A DNA stretch of 24,975 nt from Patescibacteria group bacterium (GCA_038078775.1 JBBTSN010000053.1:1-24975); one strand, 5' to 3'; numbered from the stretch's first letter, positions 8,694 through 18,377 are shown. The notes: generated by a model not told the origin, from the sequence alone. A program made the numbers and translations.

Positions 8694-10409
8694 TCACTTC
8701 TCTTCATCTGAGACTTTACCCTCAAACAACCACTTCGCAATTTTCAAATCATCGTACGAATATTCTCCTTCAAAGTGATCATAAAGAGGGCGAAGAATTT
8801 TAGCGCCCAGCTTTTTCATGATGGGGTGAACTTCGGTGGTAAGCGGCTTCATGGCTGTTTTAATGTTCACAAAGACCTCGTCCGGAAGCTTGCCGAGCAT
8901 TTGAGCTTCAATAACGTGTTCGAGAATCGTACCAATGGTGCGTTCGCGTTCTTTGGCAACGTCTGCGATTGATTTGCCTTCGAGAATGAGGGTGAGTGTA
9001 GGCACCCACTTCGGTTCTTTTGCTTTTTTAGCGGGAGCAGAAGGGAAGTACACCGAAAATGCATCGAGCGTTTCTTTAACAATCGGTTCTTTTCTTCCGC
9101 CACAATTTTTTATAAATGCATTCGCTTCCTCGGCGCGTTCTTCGGGGGCACGGTTCACAATTGCCGCCTCCGCTTCGAGCGATCGTTCTCGAAACTGTTC
9201 GTCTTTCGCAAGAACAACCGGGTCAATTTCAAGTGCTCGGGTATTAATACCCCCGATGAATAATCCCGCCAATGAGCGAACGCGAGAGAGGGCAACGTAG
9301 CCTTGCCCATAGGCAAATGCACTTCCGAGGTCAATGTATGCACCGTCGAGCGACATGCCTTGGCTCTTGTGCACGGTAATTGCCCACGCCAAACGAAGAG
9401 GAACTTGGCGAAGTGCGGCAAGCGCGGTACCATCCGCATCAATGCTCCATGTTTCAGGTTCAACGCACAGCGTTCGCCCAACTTTGAGTTGCACAACCGG
9501 ATATTTGGTTTTACTATCAAAATCAACCACGTCTCCAATTGATCCATTTACATAACCTTCCGACGGATTATTCCGCGTAAACATGACGCGCGCGCCAATC
9601 TTCAGTTCAAGATTTTCTGGCGAAAGACACCCACGCTTAATTTGTTCAACAAGCTTTGTATTGCCGTGCGTGGTCATTTTGTAGGCTTGCTGTTTGCCAT
9701 GAAGCGTGCGCAAACGGTCGGTATTAATGCGGTCGACATCAGCATTATGTGAGTAGAGTTTGGTAATATTTTTATCGTCAGAGGGTTTACGGCGGTTGTA
9801 AAGATGAGCGATATGGTCTTCAGTAAGCGATCCCCTGCGAAGTGCGGCAAGAATATCTAAGAACTTTTTATCTTCCTGGCGATGTTGTTCAGAAAGGTAG
9901 CAAACGGTACATGCAGCATTTCTCCATGCGGCAGAATCAAATGCAAAACGCACCGGAGGTTCATCGGGCCTTGAAACCGGGGGGAGCTGAAAGAAGTCTC
10001 CTACAAGAACAATCTGAATACCGCCAAACGGCAAATCAATATTGCGAATAACTCGACATACCAAATCAACCGAGTCGAGCATGGCCGCATCGAGCATGGA
10101 AATCTCATCGATAATAAGCACGTGCGTATTTTTAATGCGACGTGCGTACGTTGCATTTGCACCAAGATCTTTGCACTCGCGATGCGTAATATTTTTGCGA
10201 ATCCCAAGTCCACTCCACGAGTGAATGGTCATCCCGCCAATATGCGTTGCCGCAATACCCGTTGACGCCGTCATGGCAGGGCTTATCCCATGCGATTGCA
10301 AAAACTTCACGTATTCACGCACGATATAGCTTTTTCCTGCACCCGGTTCTCCGGTTAAGAAGACATTCACGCCGGTTTTCAGGATATCAAGTGCATCTGA
10401 TTGGGTCAT
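8694..10409 (-). CDS. PIF1/RecD-like SF1B DNA helicase with C-terminal helix-turn-helix
   Basis: FLTGEPGAGKS, ASTGIAA, IIDEISM, GDFFQLPP, LAWAITVHKSQGMSL, YVALSRVR, and a C-terminal GKSIADVAKERERTIGTILEH HTH. Confidence 0.92.
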   Translation of the reverse strand: MTQSDALDILKTGVNVFLTGEPGAGKSYIVREYVKFLQSHGISPAMTASTGIAATHIGGMTIHSWSGLGIRKNITHRECKDLGANATYARRIKNTHVLIIDEISMLDAAMLDSVDLVCRVIRNIDLPFGGIQIVLVGDFFQLPPVSRPDEPPVRFAFDSAAWRNAACTVCYLSEQHRQEDKKFLDILAALRRGSLTEDHIAHLYNRRKPSDDKNITKLYSHNADVDRINTDRLRTLHGKQQAYKMTTHGNTKLVEQIKRGCLSPENLELKIGARVMFTRNNPSEGYVNGSIGDVVDFDSKTKYPVVQLKVGRTLCVEPETWSIDADGTALAALRQVPLRLAWAITVHKSQGMSLDGAYIDLGSAFAYGQGYVALSRVRSLAGLFIGGINTRALEIDPVVLAKDEQFRERSLEAEAAIVNRAPEERAEEANAFIKNCGGRKEPIVKETLDAFSVYFPSAPAKKAKEPKWVPTLTLILEGKSIADVAKERERTIGTILEHVIEAQMLGKLPDEVFVNIKTAMKPLTTEVHPIMKKLGAKILRPLYDHFEGEYSYDDLKIAKWLFEGKVSDEEK

Positions 10410-10455
10410 AGAAAGGTAGTGAGTGGGGCTATGGTACTACGAATGAAGGATGGAA

Positions 10456-10494
10456 AAAAGAAAACCATCAGCAGGGAAGCTGAGGGTTTCTTTT
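10456..10494 (-). terminator. Probable terminator after murI
   Basis: AAAAGAAAACC-A-TCAGC...GCTGA-G-GGTTTCTTTT imperfect hairpin with A/T tails. Confidence 0.55.
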
Positions 10495-10502
10495 GCGTAT
10501 AT

Positions 10503-11273
10503 TTATACGGTTTTTGCGGGAACGGACATCGCCTCTTCATTAAAGAGTAATTGGACAGTGGATGCAAAAGGAAGAGACTCTTGTGAGGTGTAGAAGAGCG
10601 TCTTTCCGTTTCCTTGCGTGCCGTGTCGCATAAGCGCCTCGCTCGCAACATTATCCGCGGGATCAAAAATACGTACAGGAGACTTTGAACTACGAAATGC
10701 ATCTTCGAGAAGCTCTTTGACAAAGGGATAGTGCGTGCAACCAAGAACAAGAATTTCTGTATTGAGTCGCTGTATCTCTGCGACAATAGGAAGTAAGGTT
10801 GCGCGAATATATTTTTCATCTGCCTGCTCCTCAATAAGCTGAGCGAGTTTGGGGATAGCGATAGCATGTGTAGAAATGCCGAGTTCCGCAAATTCCCTTG
10901 CATAGAGTCCTGAGGAAACGGTGGCAGGAGTAGCGATGATAGTAATAACTTTACTGCGTTCAGGCATGAGTGAGCGAACAGTAGGAAGGACCATTTCAGT
11001 AATACTTGTTTCTTTTGCGCCCATGAGGGTGATGAGTGAACGAACAACCGTGGTAGATATGCTATTGCATGCGCTTACCAAATGCGTTGCACCTTGTGCG
11101 CGTAAGAATTTCATCGCACGCAGAGTGAGAATCTCTAATTCTTCGGTACTTTTATTGCCGTATGGCATCTGTGCAATATCGCCAAAATACACAATATCTA
11201 CTTGAGGTGCCTGCGAACGAATAGCGTGTGCAACGGTTAATCCTCCCATGCCAGAATCAAAGATGCCTAACAT
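10503..11273 (-). CDS. murI: Glutamate racemase
   Basis: Start reassigned to ATG 11273: MLGIFDSGMGG, YFGDIAQMPYGNKS, ACNS and LGCTHYP (both catalytic Cys present). Confidence 0.93.
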   Translation of the reverse strand: MLGIFDSGMGGLTVAHAIRSQAPQVDIVYFGDIAQMPYGNKSTEELEILTLRAMKFLRAQGATHLVSACNSISTTVVRSLITLMGAKETSITEMVLPTVRSLMPERSKVITIIATPATVSSGLYAREFAELGISTHAIAIPKLAQLIEEQADEKYIRATLLPIVAEIQRLNTEILVLGCTHYPFVKELLEDAFRSSKSPVRIFDPADNVASEALMRHGTQGNGKTLFYTSQESLPFASTVQLLFNEEAMSVPAKTV

Positions 11274-12235
11274 ATGGGTTGTAAATGCTGTGCAATAACA
11301 CGTGCGGCATTCTTCCAAGATACCTTTTCGATATCTTCTTCGGTATACCCACGAGTACGAAGTTCATCCCAAAGAAGGGGAAGACATTCAAGAGAATCAA
11401 GTTGATGAACGTGTCCGGTAATGATGCCGCCAAAGTCTGTGCCGAGCGCAACGTGATCAATGCCCATAATTTCCTTGAGGTGATCAATGTGGTTTGCGAC
11501 GTCGCTTATTTCTGCATGTGGAGTTCCCGTAACATACGTTCGAGCAAAAAATACCCCTACAACTCCTTGAGTTTTTGCAACGAGATTAAGCTGCTCATCG
11601 GTATAGTTACGCGGATTTTTACAGAGCACGCAAGAATTTCCGTGACTCACGAGAATGGGGCGTCGTACGCACGCGGCAGCATCTGCAAACGTAGGCGCAT
11701 TCATGTGGGCAAAATCAACCAACATGCCCTTTTCTTCACACCAAGCAATAAGCTTTTTTCCAAGAGGAGTAAGGCCCGTTGAGGGGTCTTTGGTACCCCC
11801 ACCCAAACTATTAGTGACATTCCATACAATTCCGAGCGAACGCCAGCCAAGTGTGTACCAGCGCTCAAGCATTCCCCAGTCAGTATCGGTAATCGCATTT
11901 AACCCCTCAATGTGAAGAATGATACCCGTGTGATTTTCCGCGGTAAGTGCAGATGAAAAGTCTTCAGAAGTTTTAATAATGGTATGTTTACCACTTTCTT
12001 TGCATCGAGTGTTGTACTCATTAAAATCACTTTCAATCATGTTATTGGTAACGCGGTCAAGATACTTTTCGTCTGCAGGAACGGGAAATGCCGTTGCAAC
12101 AACCACTTTTGTGTTTGTGCGAAGAAGCATGTCGAAATCGGTCTGCCAATGATCAGGGTAAAGATCGCGACGGTTGATATGCAAAAGGAGATCTTGGTGA
12201 AGATCAACGAGTTTAGGAAAAGAGAGGGAAGACAT
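11267..12235 (-). CDS. Membrane dipeptidase family (peptidase M19)
   Basis: DLHQD, HIEG, VDFAH, VSHGN and HVALGTDFGG amidohydrolase motifs. Overlaps the murI start by 7 bp. Confidence 0.9.
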   Translation of the reverse strand: MSSLSFPKLVDLHQDLLLHINRRDLYPDHWQTDFDMLLRTNTKVVVATAFPVPADEKYLDRVTNNMIESDFNEYNTRCKESGKHTIIKTSEDFSSALTAENHTGIILHIEGLNAITDTDWGMLERWYTLGWRSLGIVWNVTNSLGGGTKDPSTGLTPLGKKLIAWCEEKGMLVDFAHMNAPTFADAAACVRRPILVSHGNSCVLCKNPRNYTDEQLNLVAKTQGVVGVFFARTYVTGTPHAEISDVANHIDHLKEIMGIDHVALGTDFGGIITGHVHQLDSLECLPLLWDELRTRGYTEEDIEKVSWKNAARVIAQHLQPIC

Positions 12236-12253
12236 AGAGTATAAAGAGAAAGA

Positions 12254-12290
12254 GTGGTGAGTGGGGACGGATATACTCCGCCCCCACCAC
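12254..12290 (-). terminator. Hairpin immediately after the GC-rich orphan gene
   Basis: GTGGTG..GGGG.CGGA-loop-TCCG.CCCC..CACCAC, followed on - by a T/C-rich tail. Confidence 0.5.
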
Positions 12291-12291
12291 G

Positions 12292-13437
12292 TTACGACGA
12301 GAATCGTGCGGCGAACTCCCGCTGGCGGGTCGCTTCAGCGATCAGGAGGTCGATGTCCTTGATCGGCGCTTCGAGCGCCCAAGGGTGAGTGAAGAAGGTG
12401 CGGCCTCCCGAGACGATGTCGTGCTGCGTGAAGCAGTTGGCGCGAGCGATGTCGTAGAAGACAGGCTCGGCGGAAACGGCTGCACGGCGCAGACGAAGGA
12501 GATCGCGATCTTTTTCACCGACGCATGCCGCAATGATTGCCTTGCGGCTGTCATCGCTAGCGCCTTTGATGCGCTGTGCACGTTCTTTGTTGCCCTGGCC
12601 AAGCCCAAGCCATGCTTCCACGAGCTCGTTGATTTCGGCCTGGTGCATGGCATCCCCCGCGAGGCGGATGTTTGCGACCGGGACGAGGTTGAGCGTGAGC
12701 GTTTCGGGGAGCGCTAGCGCCTTGCGGACGTAGGCGTACAGGGTCTTGAACTTCCCGAGCAGCCTATCAATATAACGCACCATGTCGGGTCCCGACAGGT
12801 GATACACCTCGGCGTGTCCCGTAGCCTGCGCCTCGACGATGGTATCGACGAGGATGTTGAGGACGTTCGGGAGCACGGCGCCGCACGTGTCGTTGGTCAG
12901 CCCGTAGATGCGGAGCGTGAGCAGGTCATCCCACGACGTCACCCGACAGGGAACGCGGTCACCTTCGGGGGTGACCTGGAACTCCCACACGCTCGAGTCT
13001 TCGCGCGTCACGCTCTCGAGGATCGCGAGCACGAAGTCTGCATGACTGCGCAGGTAGTCGGTGTACGTCACACAGTCTGCGTGCGGCATTGCGTTCCGCA
13101 TTGCTTCCATGTGGCACTCCGTGACCAGGCGGCCTTCCGTGAACGAACCGATACGACACGAAGCGCGCTGCACGCGGGCATGCGTAGTGAGCTTCGTTCC
13201 GCAGGTGACGAGCTCGGGCGTGCCGCTGACAATCACCTGGTGCGGATGAAAGTTGCGGTCGCGAGCGCCGATCGTGCGGTCGTAGAAGTTCATGTGCACA
13301 CCCGCATCGGCCATGATGAGGTTGTTCGTGTACACGTTGCCCACGTGCGGGGTTTTCATAACAGAGTAGCCGCATTGACGCAGCCGCCGCAGATCGTTGA
13401 TGGAGAGATCCGTCCGGTTACGTACGACAAAGCACAT
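12292..13437 (-). CDS. Hypothetical 381-aa protein, GC-rich, with a possible HIGH-like motif
   Basis: Long ORF with an upstream GAGGG SD-like sequence, and KTPHVGN near the N-terminus. I do not recognise the family. Confidence 0.8.
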   Translation of the reverse strand: MCFVVRNRTDLSINDLRRLRQCGYSVMKTPHVGNVYTNNLIMADAGVHMNFYDRTIGARDRNFHPHQVIVSGTPELVTCGTKLTTHARVQRASCRIGSFTEGRLVTECHMEAMRNAMPHADCVTYTDYLRSHADFVLAILESVTREDSSVWEFQVTPEGDRVPCRVTSWDDLLTLRIYGLTNDTCGAVLPNVLNILVDTIVEAQATGHAEVYHLSGPDMVRYIDRLLGKFKTLYAYVRKALALPETLTLNLVPVANIRLAGDAMHQAEINELVEAWLGLGQGNKERAQRIKGASDDSRKAIIAACVGEKDRDLLRLRRAAVSAEPVFYDIARANCFTQHDIVSGGRTFFTHPWALEAPIKDIDLLIAEATRQREFAARFSS

Positions 13438-13529
13438 GTGTTATTCCCTCTGGTGTGGCGAATGAGTGATGAGTGATCGGACAGTCTTCCCTCATCATCG
13501 AGAGAAGACTGTTGAATAACTCGAACGAA

Positions 13530-13563
13530 AGAAAAACACCGCGTGTTATCGCGGTGTTTTTCT
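13530..13563. terminator. Perfect bidirectional terminator-like hairpin
   Basis: AGAAAAACACCGCG-TGTTAT-CGCGGTGTTTTTCT (14-bp perfect stem). Confidence 0.75.
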
Positions 13564-13815
13564 GAATGAGGATTGAAGAGGTAAGCTCTATTTCTTATGG
13601 TCCATCATCAAAATAACACCGAGCAGCGGAGTAATGTGAAGGGTAAAATAGACGCACATGGAGTTGGGCACAGAACTCATAGATACATGTAACATAGCGA
13701 ACTTCGCAAGATGCTGTCAAATAGTGTAGGGGATTTATCTAAAAAAAGGATAACTTCCTTGACGTACCCCCTATCTGGAATACTCTTGAAAGAGTTATTT
13801 TTGACACAAGCTGCT

Positions 13816-14472
13816 ATGAAAAAACTTTTTCTTGCTTCGTTAAGCCTTTTGGCACTGGTTGGTGCAGGATGTGTGGAAGGAAATACCTACGAAGTGGATA
13901 CTACGCGTGAAGAGATCTCGGTGACTACCAATACAACAACTGTCACCTATGCGGCACCCACCTGTGATGATGGAACAAAACTCTATCAGAGTGCAAAGCA
14001 CAACATTGAGTTCTGCTATCCAGAAACTAACGGAAGCGACGGAACAGTAACGGTAGCAGATGACAAAGATGGTGTTGTGCTCTCTGTAGACGGTGAAGCA
14101 ATGCGTAAAGTTTGGGTGGTAGACGTAAATTCAAACATGCCTCGTGAAGATGTCGTCGAAGTTTATGCGCTTGATAACGTTACAACCGTAACGTGTGGAG
14201 TCATGGGTGTGAATGACAGCGTAGACGGTCGCCATGTGTACGTGATTGTAGGTGAAAACATGACGGGCGAACAGAATATTGGATCAGTGACTGCATGTAC
14301 GTATAACGAAGCAGACACAAATGATGGATTCGATATGAATGATCAACGCTCGGGAATGTTCTACATGTACGATCGTACGCCGGGAACGTTGTTTATCTTG
14401 ACGGGCGAGCAAGATGTTTCACTTGGAGAACTTACAGAAAAGTTCACGATGTCAATGCAACCAAAAAAGTAA
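13816..14472 (+). CDS. Lipoprotein of unknown function
   Basis: Start reassigned to ATG 13816: MKKLFLASLSLLALVGAG|C lipobox, followed by an acidic, Thr-rich, Cys-containing mature domain. Confidence 0.85.
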   Translation: MKKLFLASLSLLALVGAGCVEGNTYEVDTTREEISVTTNTTTVTYAAPTCDDGTKLYQSAKHNIEFCYPETNGSDGTVTVADDKDGVVLSVDGEAMRKVWVVDVNSNMPREDVVEVYALDNVTTVTCGVMGVNDSVDGRHVYVIVGENMTGEQNIGSVTACTYNEADTNDGFDMNDQRSGMFYMYDRTPGTLFILTGEQDVSLGELTEKFTMSMQPKK

Positions 14473-15056
14473 TCAAGATGTGAGAAGCTTTTTTCGTTTT
14501 CCAAGTATCATCGCAACAACAACGGCAAAATTAATAACGAAAATATAAAGAGGATAGGAAAGAAGCTCGAAATTAAGCGTTTGAATTGCAAAAATTGCAA
14601 AAAAACCGCCTATTCCCGAAAGTGCCCAGGTGATCATGGTTTCACTTTCAGGATGCTCGTACGCTTTTGCGACGGTAAGCCATGCGCCAAGCGCATCGAT
14701 AATAATGGTGAGGTACACCGCAATTACGGGATTTTTAGTAAAGAACCAAATGAGCAACGTTGCCCCAGCGGCGATAAGAGTAATGCGGTCTCGTTTGGTT
14801 AAGCCCCCAACCCCGTAACGAAGCGAGAGAAAAAAACGATAAAAACACCAAGCCCTTGAACACCCGGAAGCCAGAGCGAATCCGTTGCGCCCACGGCAAG
14901 CTGCGTAAAAAATCCCATCGACGTTAACACACTCCAGATAAGCCAAGAAGCTCGTTCTGGTTTCGCCTTACCCTTCAAAATCGCAATGATGTAGGGCGGA
15001 TACGAGATGGCACTGAAGACACCCGAAAGAATTCCGAAAATGAGATAGGGGGACAT
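14473..15056 (-). pseudogene. Multi-pass membrane protein split by a frameshift in a T7 run
   Basis: Track ORFs 14799-15056 and 14473-14946 join into one ~194-aa hydrophobic protein (…GVFIVFF|LSLRYGVGGLTKRD…) if the T7 run at 14830-14836 were T8. Confidence 0.8.
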
Positions 15057-15062
15057 ATTGGT

Positions 15063-15986
15063 TTACTCAAAATACGGAATCTTCCACCACTCGTACGGGT
15101 CGACATAACGCAGGCCTCGTTCGAGCTTGGCGAGTTCCGACGAATCGTTGGCTGATAATTCGAAGTCAAAAATCTGAGCATTTTCTTTGAGATGTTCGGA
15201 TGAAGTGCTTTTAGGAATAACGACAGTATTGCGTTCGATTCCGAAGCGAAGAAGAATCTGCGCTGGGATTTTGCCGTGTCTCTTTGCAATATTTCTAACG
15301 ACTACATCTTCAAGCAGTGCTGGCTTGTCGTTGTTCATGTCTGTTTGCGAACCAAGAGGAGAATATGCGGTAACTGCAATTCCATGAGCACGACAGAATT
15401 CGATAAGCTTGTTCTGTTGAAGATACGGATGAAGTTCTATTTGGTTTACTGCAGGAATGATTTTTGCATACGTAAGTAAATCAACTAGCATAGGTGCAGT
15501 GAAGTTCGAAACGCCAACGGCCTTTACAAGACCAAGATTCACCAACTCCTCCATCGCCTCCCACGTCTCACGAACAGAAACTTTTTCCGTAATGAGCATA
15601 CCGTTCGCATCGAGTGGTTCAATGCCAAGTCCATGCGGAGACGCAACGCCAAAGTGCATCAAATACAAGTCGAGATAATCGAGTTGAAGATCGGCGAGTG
15701 TTTTTTTACATGCCTCAACGACATGCTCTTTTTTGTGATTATCATTCCAAAGCTTGCTCGTAATAAAAACATCTTCGCGTTTTCGGGCCTCAGAACTAAA
15801 CACTCGATGAAATTTTTCTCCGACTTCCTTTTCATTCTCATACACCCAAGCACAGTCAATGTGCGAATATCCAAACTTGGTGAGCGCTTCTTCGACGGCA
15901 TCTCCAACCCGATCCTTTTTTGCATTCCACGTGCCAAGGCCCAAGAGGGGCATCTTTGCGTCGGTATTGAGGATGATGTGATCCAT
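15063..15986 (-). CDS. Aldo/keto reductase
   Basis: Start likely ATG 15986. Motifs GLGTW, HIDCAWVYENE, FITSKLWN, YLDLYLMHF, GVSNF, NQIELHPY, IPKS; the Asp/Tyr/Lys/His tetrad is present. Confidence 0.95.
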   Translation of the reverse strand: MDHIILNTDAKMPLLGLGTWNAKKDRVGDAVEEALTKFGYSHIDCAWVYENEKEVGEKFHRVFSSEARKREDVFITSKLWNDNHKKEHVVEACKKTLADLQLDYLDLYLMHFGVASPHGLGIEPLDANGMLITEKVSVRETWEAMEELVNLGLVKAVGVSNFTAPMLVDLLTYAKIIPAVNQIELHPYLQQNKLIEFCRAHGIAVTAYSPLGSQTDMNNDKPALLEDVVVRNIAKRHGKIPAQILLRFGIERNTVVIPKSTSSEHLKENAQIFDFELSANDSSELAKLERGLRYVDPYEWWKIPYFE

Positions 15987-16178
15987 ATCAACTATTCTAA
16001 CAGCTCGGACATGCGTCACAAAGCGATGATGCAATGGGCTTTAACATTGATAGATAATGGTTTAATGAGGCATAATCGTGAAGATTGCTCAGTTTTAATG
16101 TACATTCACGTTTATATTTGCAATAATCGTGAATATGAGGTATATTTATCTTATAATTCACGATTATTATGATATTCT

Positions 16179-17051
16179 ATGGCAAGAGTAAAATCGTATT
16201 TTAAGGAGATTGAGTTACTACGAAAGCGTTATTACGCTGCGCTTTCTGGCAAAGAATCGCTTATGAAATTGGTAAGCGAGGCAGAGATTTCCGAGCATGT
16301 ATACAACTCAAACGCCATAGAGAACAGCACGTTGACACTCGAGGAAACAGAGAAAATTTTGCTGCATCTCGATCTTGATCGATATATTAGCGAACGAGAG
16401 CTTTTTGAGGCGAAGAATCTTGCTCGGGTTATGGGCTACATGGAAACACGTGCACAGGGAAAAGTCTTGGATAAGGAGGCCATGCTTCTTTTGCATAAAA
16501 TGCTCATTACGAACATTCGTGACGATATTGCCGGACGATTCCGTTCTCAGGATGAGTGGGTACGCGTAGGGAGTTATATCGCTCCAGGTCCGTTAGAAAT
16601 TGACGGACTTTTAAATGCTCTCCTTACTACATACGCAGCAAGCAGCGATATGCATATCGTGAAACGCATCGCGAATTTTCATCTTACGTTTGAACGCATT
16701 CACCCCTTCGTTGATGGGAATGGTCGCATGGGAAGAGTAATAAATAATTACCTTTTGATACGTGAAGGCTTTGTTCCGATAACCATTCTTTATTCCGTGC
16801 GAGAAACCTATTATCAAGCTTTCAAAGAATTCGAACAACATGGATCAACGACAGTTATGGAAGATATTATTGGCCTTGCATTGAGAGAAAGCTACCACAA
16901 ACGACTTACGTATCTTGAAGGAAAACGCATCATCACGCTGAATGAATACGGAAAGATAAGTGGAATATCGCTATCGGCGCTCCTGAATAAGGCAACACGG
17001 CAAACTATCGAAGCTTTTCGTGAAAAAGGTGTTTGGAAGATTGGGGTATAG
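16179..17051 (+). CDS. Fic family protein (class II, N-terminal inhibitory helix)
   Basis: HPFVDGNGRMGR catalytic motif and SNAIEN inhibitory motif. Confidence 0.93.
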   Translation: MARVKSYFKEIELLRKRYYAALSGKESLMKLVSEAEISEHVYNSNAIENSTLTLEETEKILLHLDLDRYISERELFEAKNLARVMGYMETRAQGKVLDKEAMLLLHKMLITNIRDDIAGRFRSQDEWVRVGSYIAPGPLEIDGLLNALLTTYAASSDMHIVKRIANFHLTFERIHPFVDGNGRMGRVINNYLLIREGFVPITILYSVRETYYQAFKEFEQHGSTTVMEDIIGLALRESYHKRLTYLEGKRIITLNEYGKISGISLSALLNKATRQTIEAFREKGVWKIGV

Positions 17052-17073
17052 TTCTTTTAATGTTAAACGCTTT

Positions 17074-17226
17074 ATGTCCTGGATCTTCACCGAAGACGAA
17101 AAAAGAATCATTGATGAATACGGTAATGGAGAAAGAAATTGGTTTCACCTGTATGAATCGTATCCAAAAGATAATGCGCTCGACATGATGTACGAGCCGT
17201 GGCATTGGCATTACGAAAAAGGCTAA
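17074..17226 (+). pseudogene. C-terminal remnant of an M15B/VanY-type D,D-carboxypeptidase
   Basis: 50-aa ORF ending SYPKDNALDMMYEPWHWHYEKG; YEPWH is the VanY-family C-terminal signature. The upstream zinc-binding SxH motif is absent. Confidence 0.6.
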
Positions 17227-17269
17227 TCGCTCGGTATATTCATGTATTCGTTCATCAAATTCTTTTTTC

Positions 17270-17857
17270 TTATTTACCCTGAAGAAGATAGCTAAGAAAT
17301 GCAGGGACTTCTCGTATGGTTGCGTAGATATCTCGCCATTCGTGATATCGGGCATATGATCTTCCGCATTCGGGTATGTTTACATTTTTACAAGAGAGGC
17401 TCGCACGTGCGAGATGAAAGAATTGGGATACGAGAATGGCTGAACGATAGTCTTTTTCGGAAAAGAGCAAGGAGAGATTTTCCGTTGTTGCATGCGTTGT
17501 TACACCGAGGCTGTCTTGTACGATTGCATCTGCCGGAACGCCCTTCTGTAGAGCATAACGCTTCATTGCGTCTGCTTCATCAACACCTTCGCGACCTATT
17601 CCGCCGCTCACGAAAAGTACTTTTCCGTTTCCTTGGTTATAGAGTTCGATTCCACGATCCATACGTGCTTGTAGGCGAGGGGAGAGGGTTCCGTCTTCAT
17701 TCACGGTATTGCCAAACACGACGATGACGTCGGCAGCGGTGGGGAGAGCTTCGGTAAATCCAAACAGGGAGATGCCGAGAGTCGTCGCGAGGAGCAGTAC
17801 GCCTCCTAGGATGCAAAGACGTCCTATCCATTTTTTGAGAGAAGCTATTCTTTGCAT
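17270..17857 (-). CDS. YdcF/DUF218 (SanA/ElyC-like) protein with N-terminal TM anchor
   Basis: ADVIVVFGN, RMDRGIELY, VSGG, EADAM, VSQFFHLARA, REVPA. Alternative start at 17917. Confidence 0.88.
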   Translation of the reverse strand: MQRIASLKKWIGRLCILGGVLLLATTLGISLFGFTEALPTAADVIVVFGNTVNEDGTLSPRLQARMDRGIELYNQGNGKVLFVSGGIGREGVDEADAMKRYALQKGVPADAIVQDSLGVTTHATTENLSLLFSEKDYRSAILVSQFFHLARASLSCKNVNIPECGRSYARYHEWRDIYATIREVPAFLSYLLQGK

Positions 17858-17906
17858 AGAGAATGTAGTCTGTTGTTTCTGCAAAATGGCGCGGTTATTC
17901 TTTAAT

Positions 17907-18377
17907 CTACTCTCCAATAACCACCGGAACTCTCAGCGAATCTTCATTTTCAGGAAGCCCAGAAGGATTGTCTTTTTGCAGAACAAGTGTTCCCGCATCG
18001 CCGACGATTTGAGCGTCTGCAGTAAACGTAATCGTTGCAGTGAAAGGAACGTAATCGCTCGTCATCCAGTCGCTCTGTGCTTGTGCAATGCCTTGTCCGA
18101 GCATGTTTCCATGCGCATCAAGAAGATAGATAGGGAAGCTTGCTTCAAAAAACCACGAACCGCGCGCTTCTCCACTCACAATAAAGGGACTATTCACCGT
18201 TGCGTGAAGAAGGGGCGTATCAAGAACAACGTCGTCCGTTTCTGCTGAGGTGAGGTAGGTAAAACGAGGTTGAACTTCTTGCGGATTAGTAGGGGTCGGT
18301 GCGTAAAGTGATGCGGCATACAATCCACCTGCAAGAACAATGAGAACGCCGAACACGATCAAAAAGCTTTTCCCCAT
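17907..18377 (-). CDS. Gmad2 immunoglobulin-like domain protein, membrane anchored
   Basis: N-terminal TM, then SPFIVSGEARGSWFFEASFPI...AQSDWMT...KDNPSGLP. Confidence 0.82.
   Translation of the reverse strand: MGKSFLIVFGVLIVLAGGLYAASLYAPTPTNPQEVQPRFTYLTSAETDDVVLDTPLLHATVNSPFIVSGEARGSWFFEASFPIYLLDAHGNMLGQGIAQAQSDWMTSDYVPFTATITFTADAQIVGDAGTLVLQKDNPSGLPENEDSLRVPVVIGE

Noticed and set aside
12342-13476. Several overlapping ORFs in the GC-rich gene, including 12799..13476 + (225 aa)
   Set aside because: Expected from stop-codon scarcity in GC-rich DNA; no recognisable motifs.
13580-13695. 35-codon minus-strand ORF upstream of the GC-rich gene
   Set aside because: No motif, no convincing RBS, and a length expected by chance.
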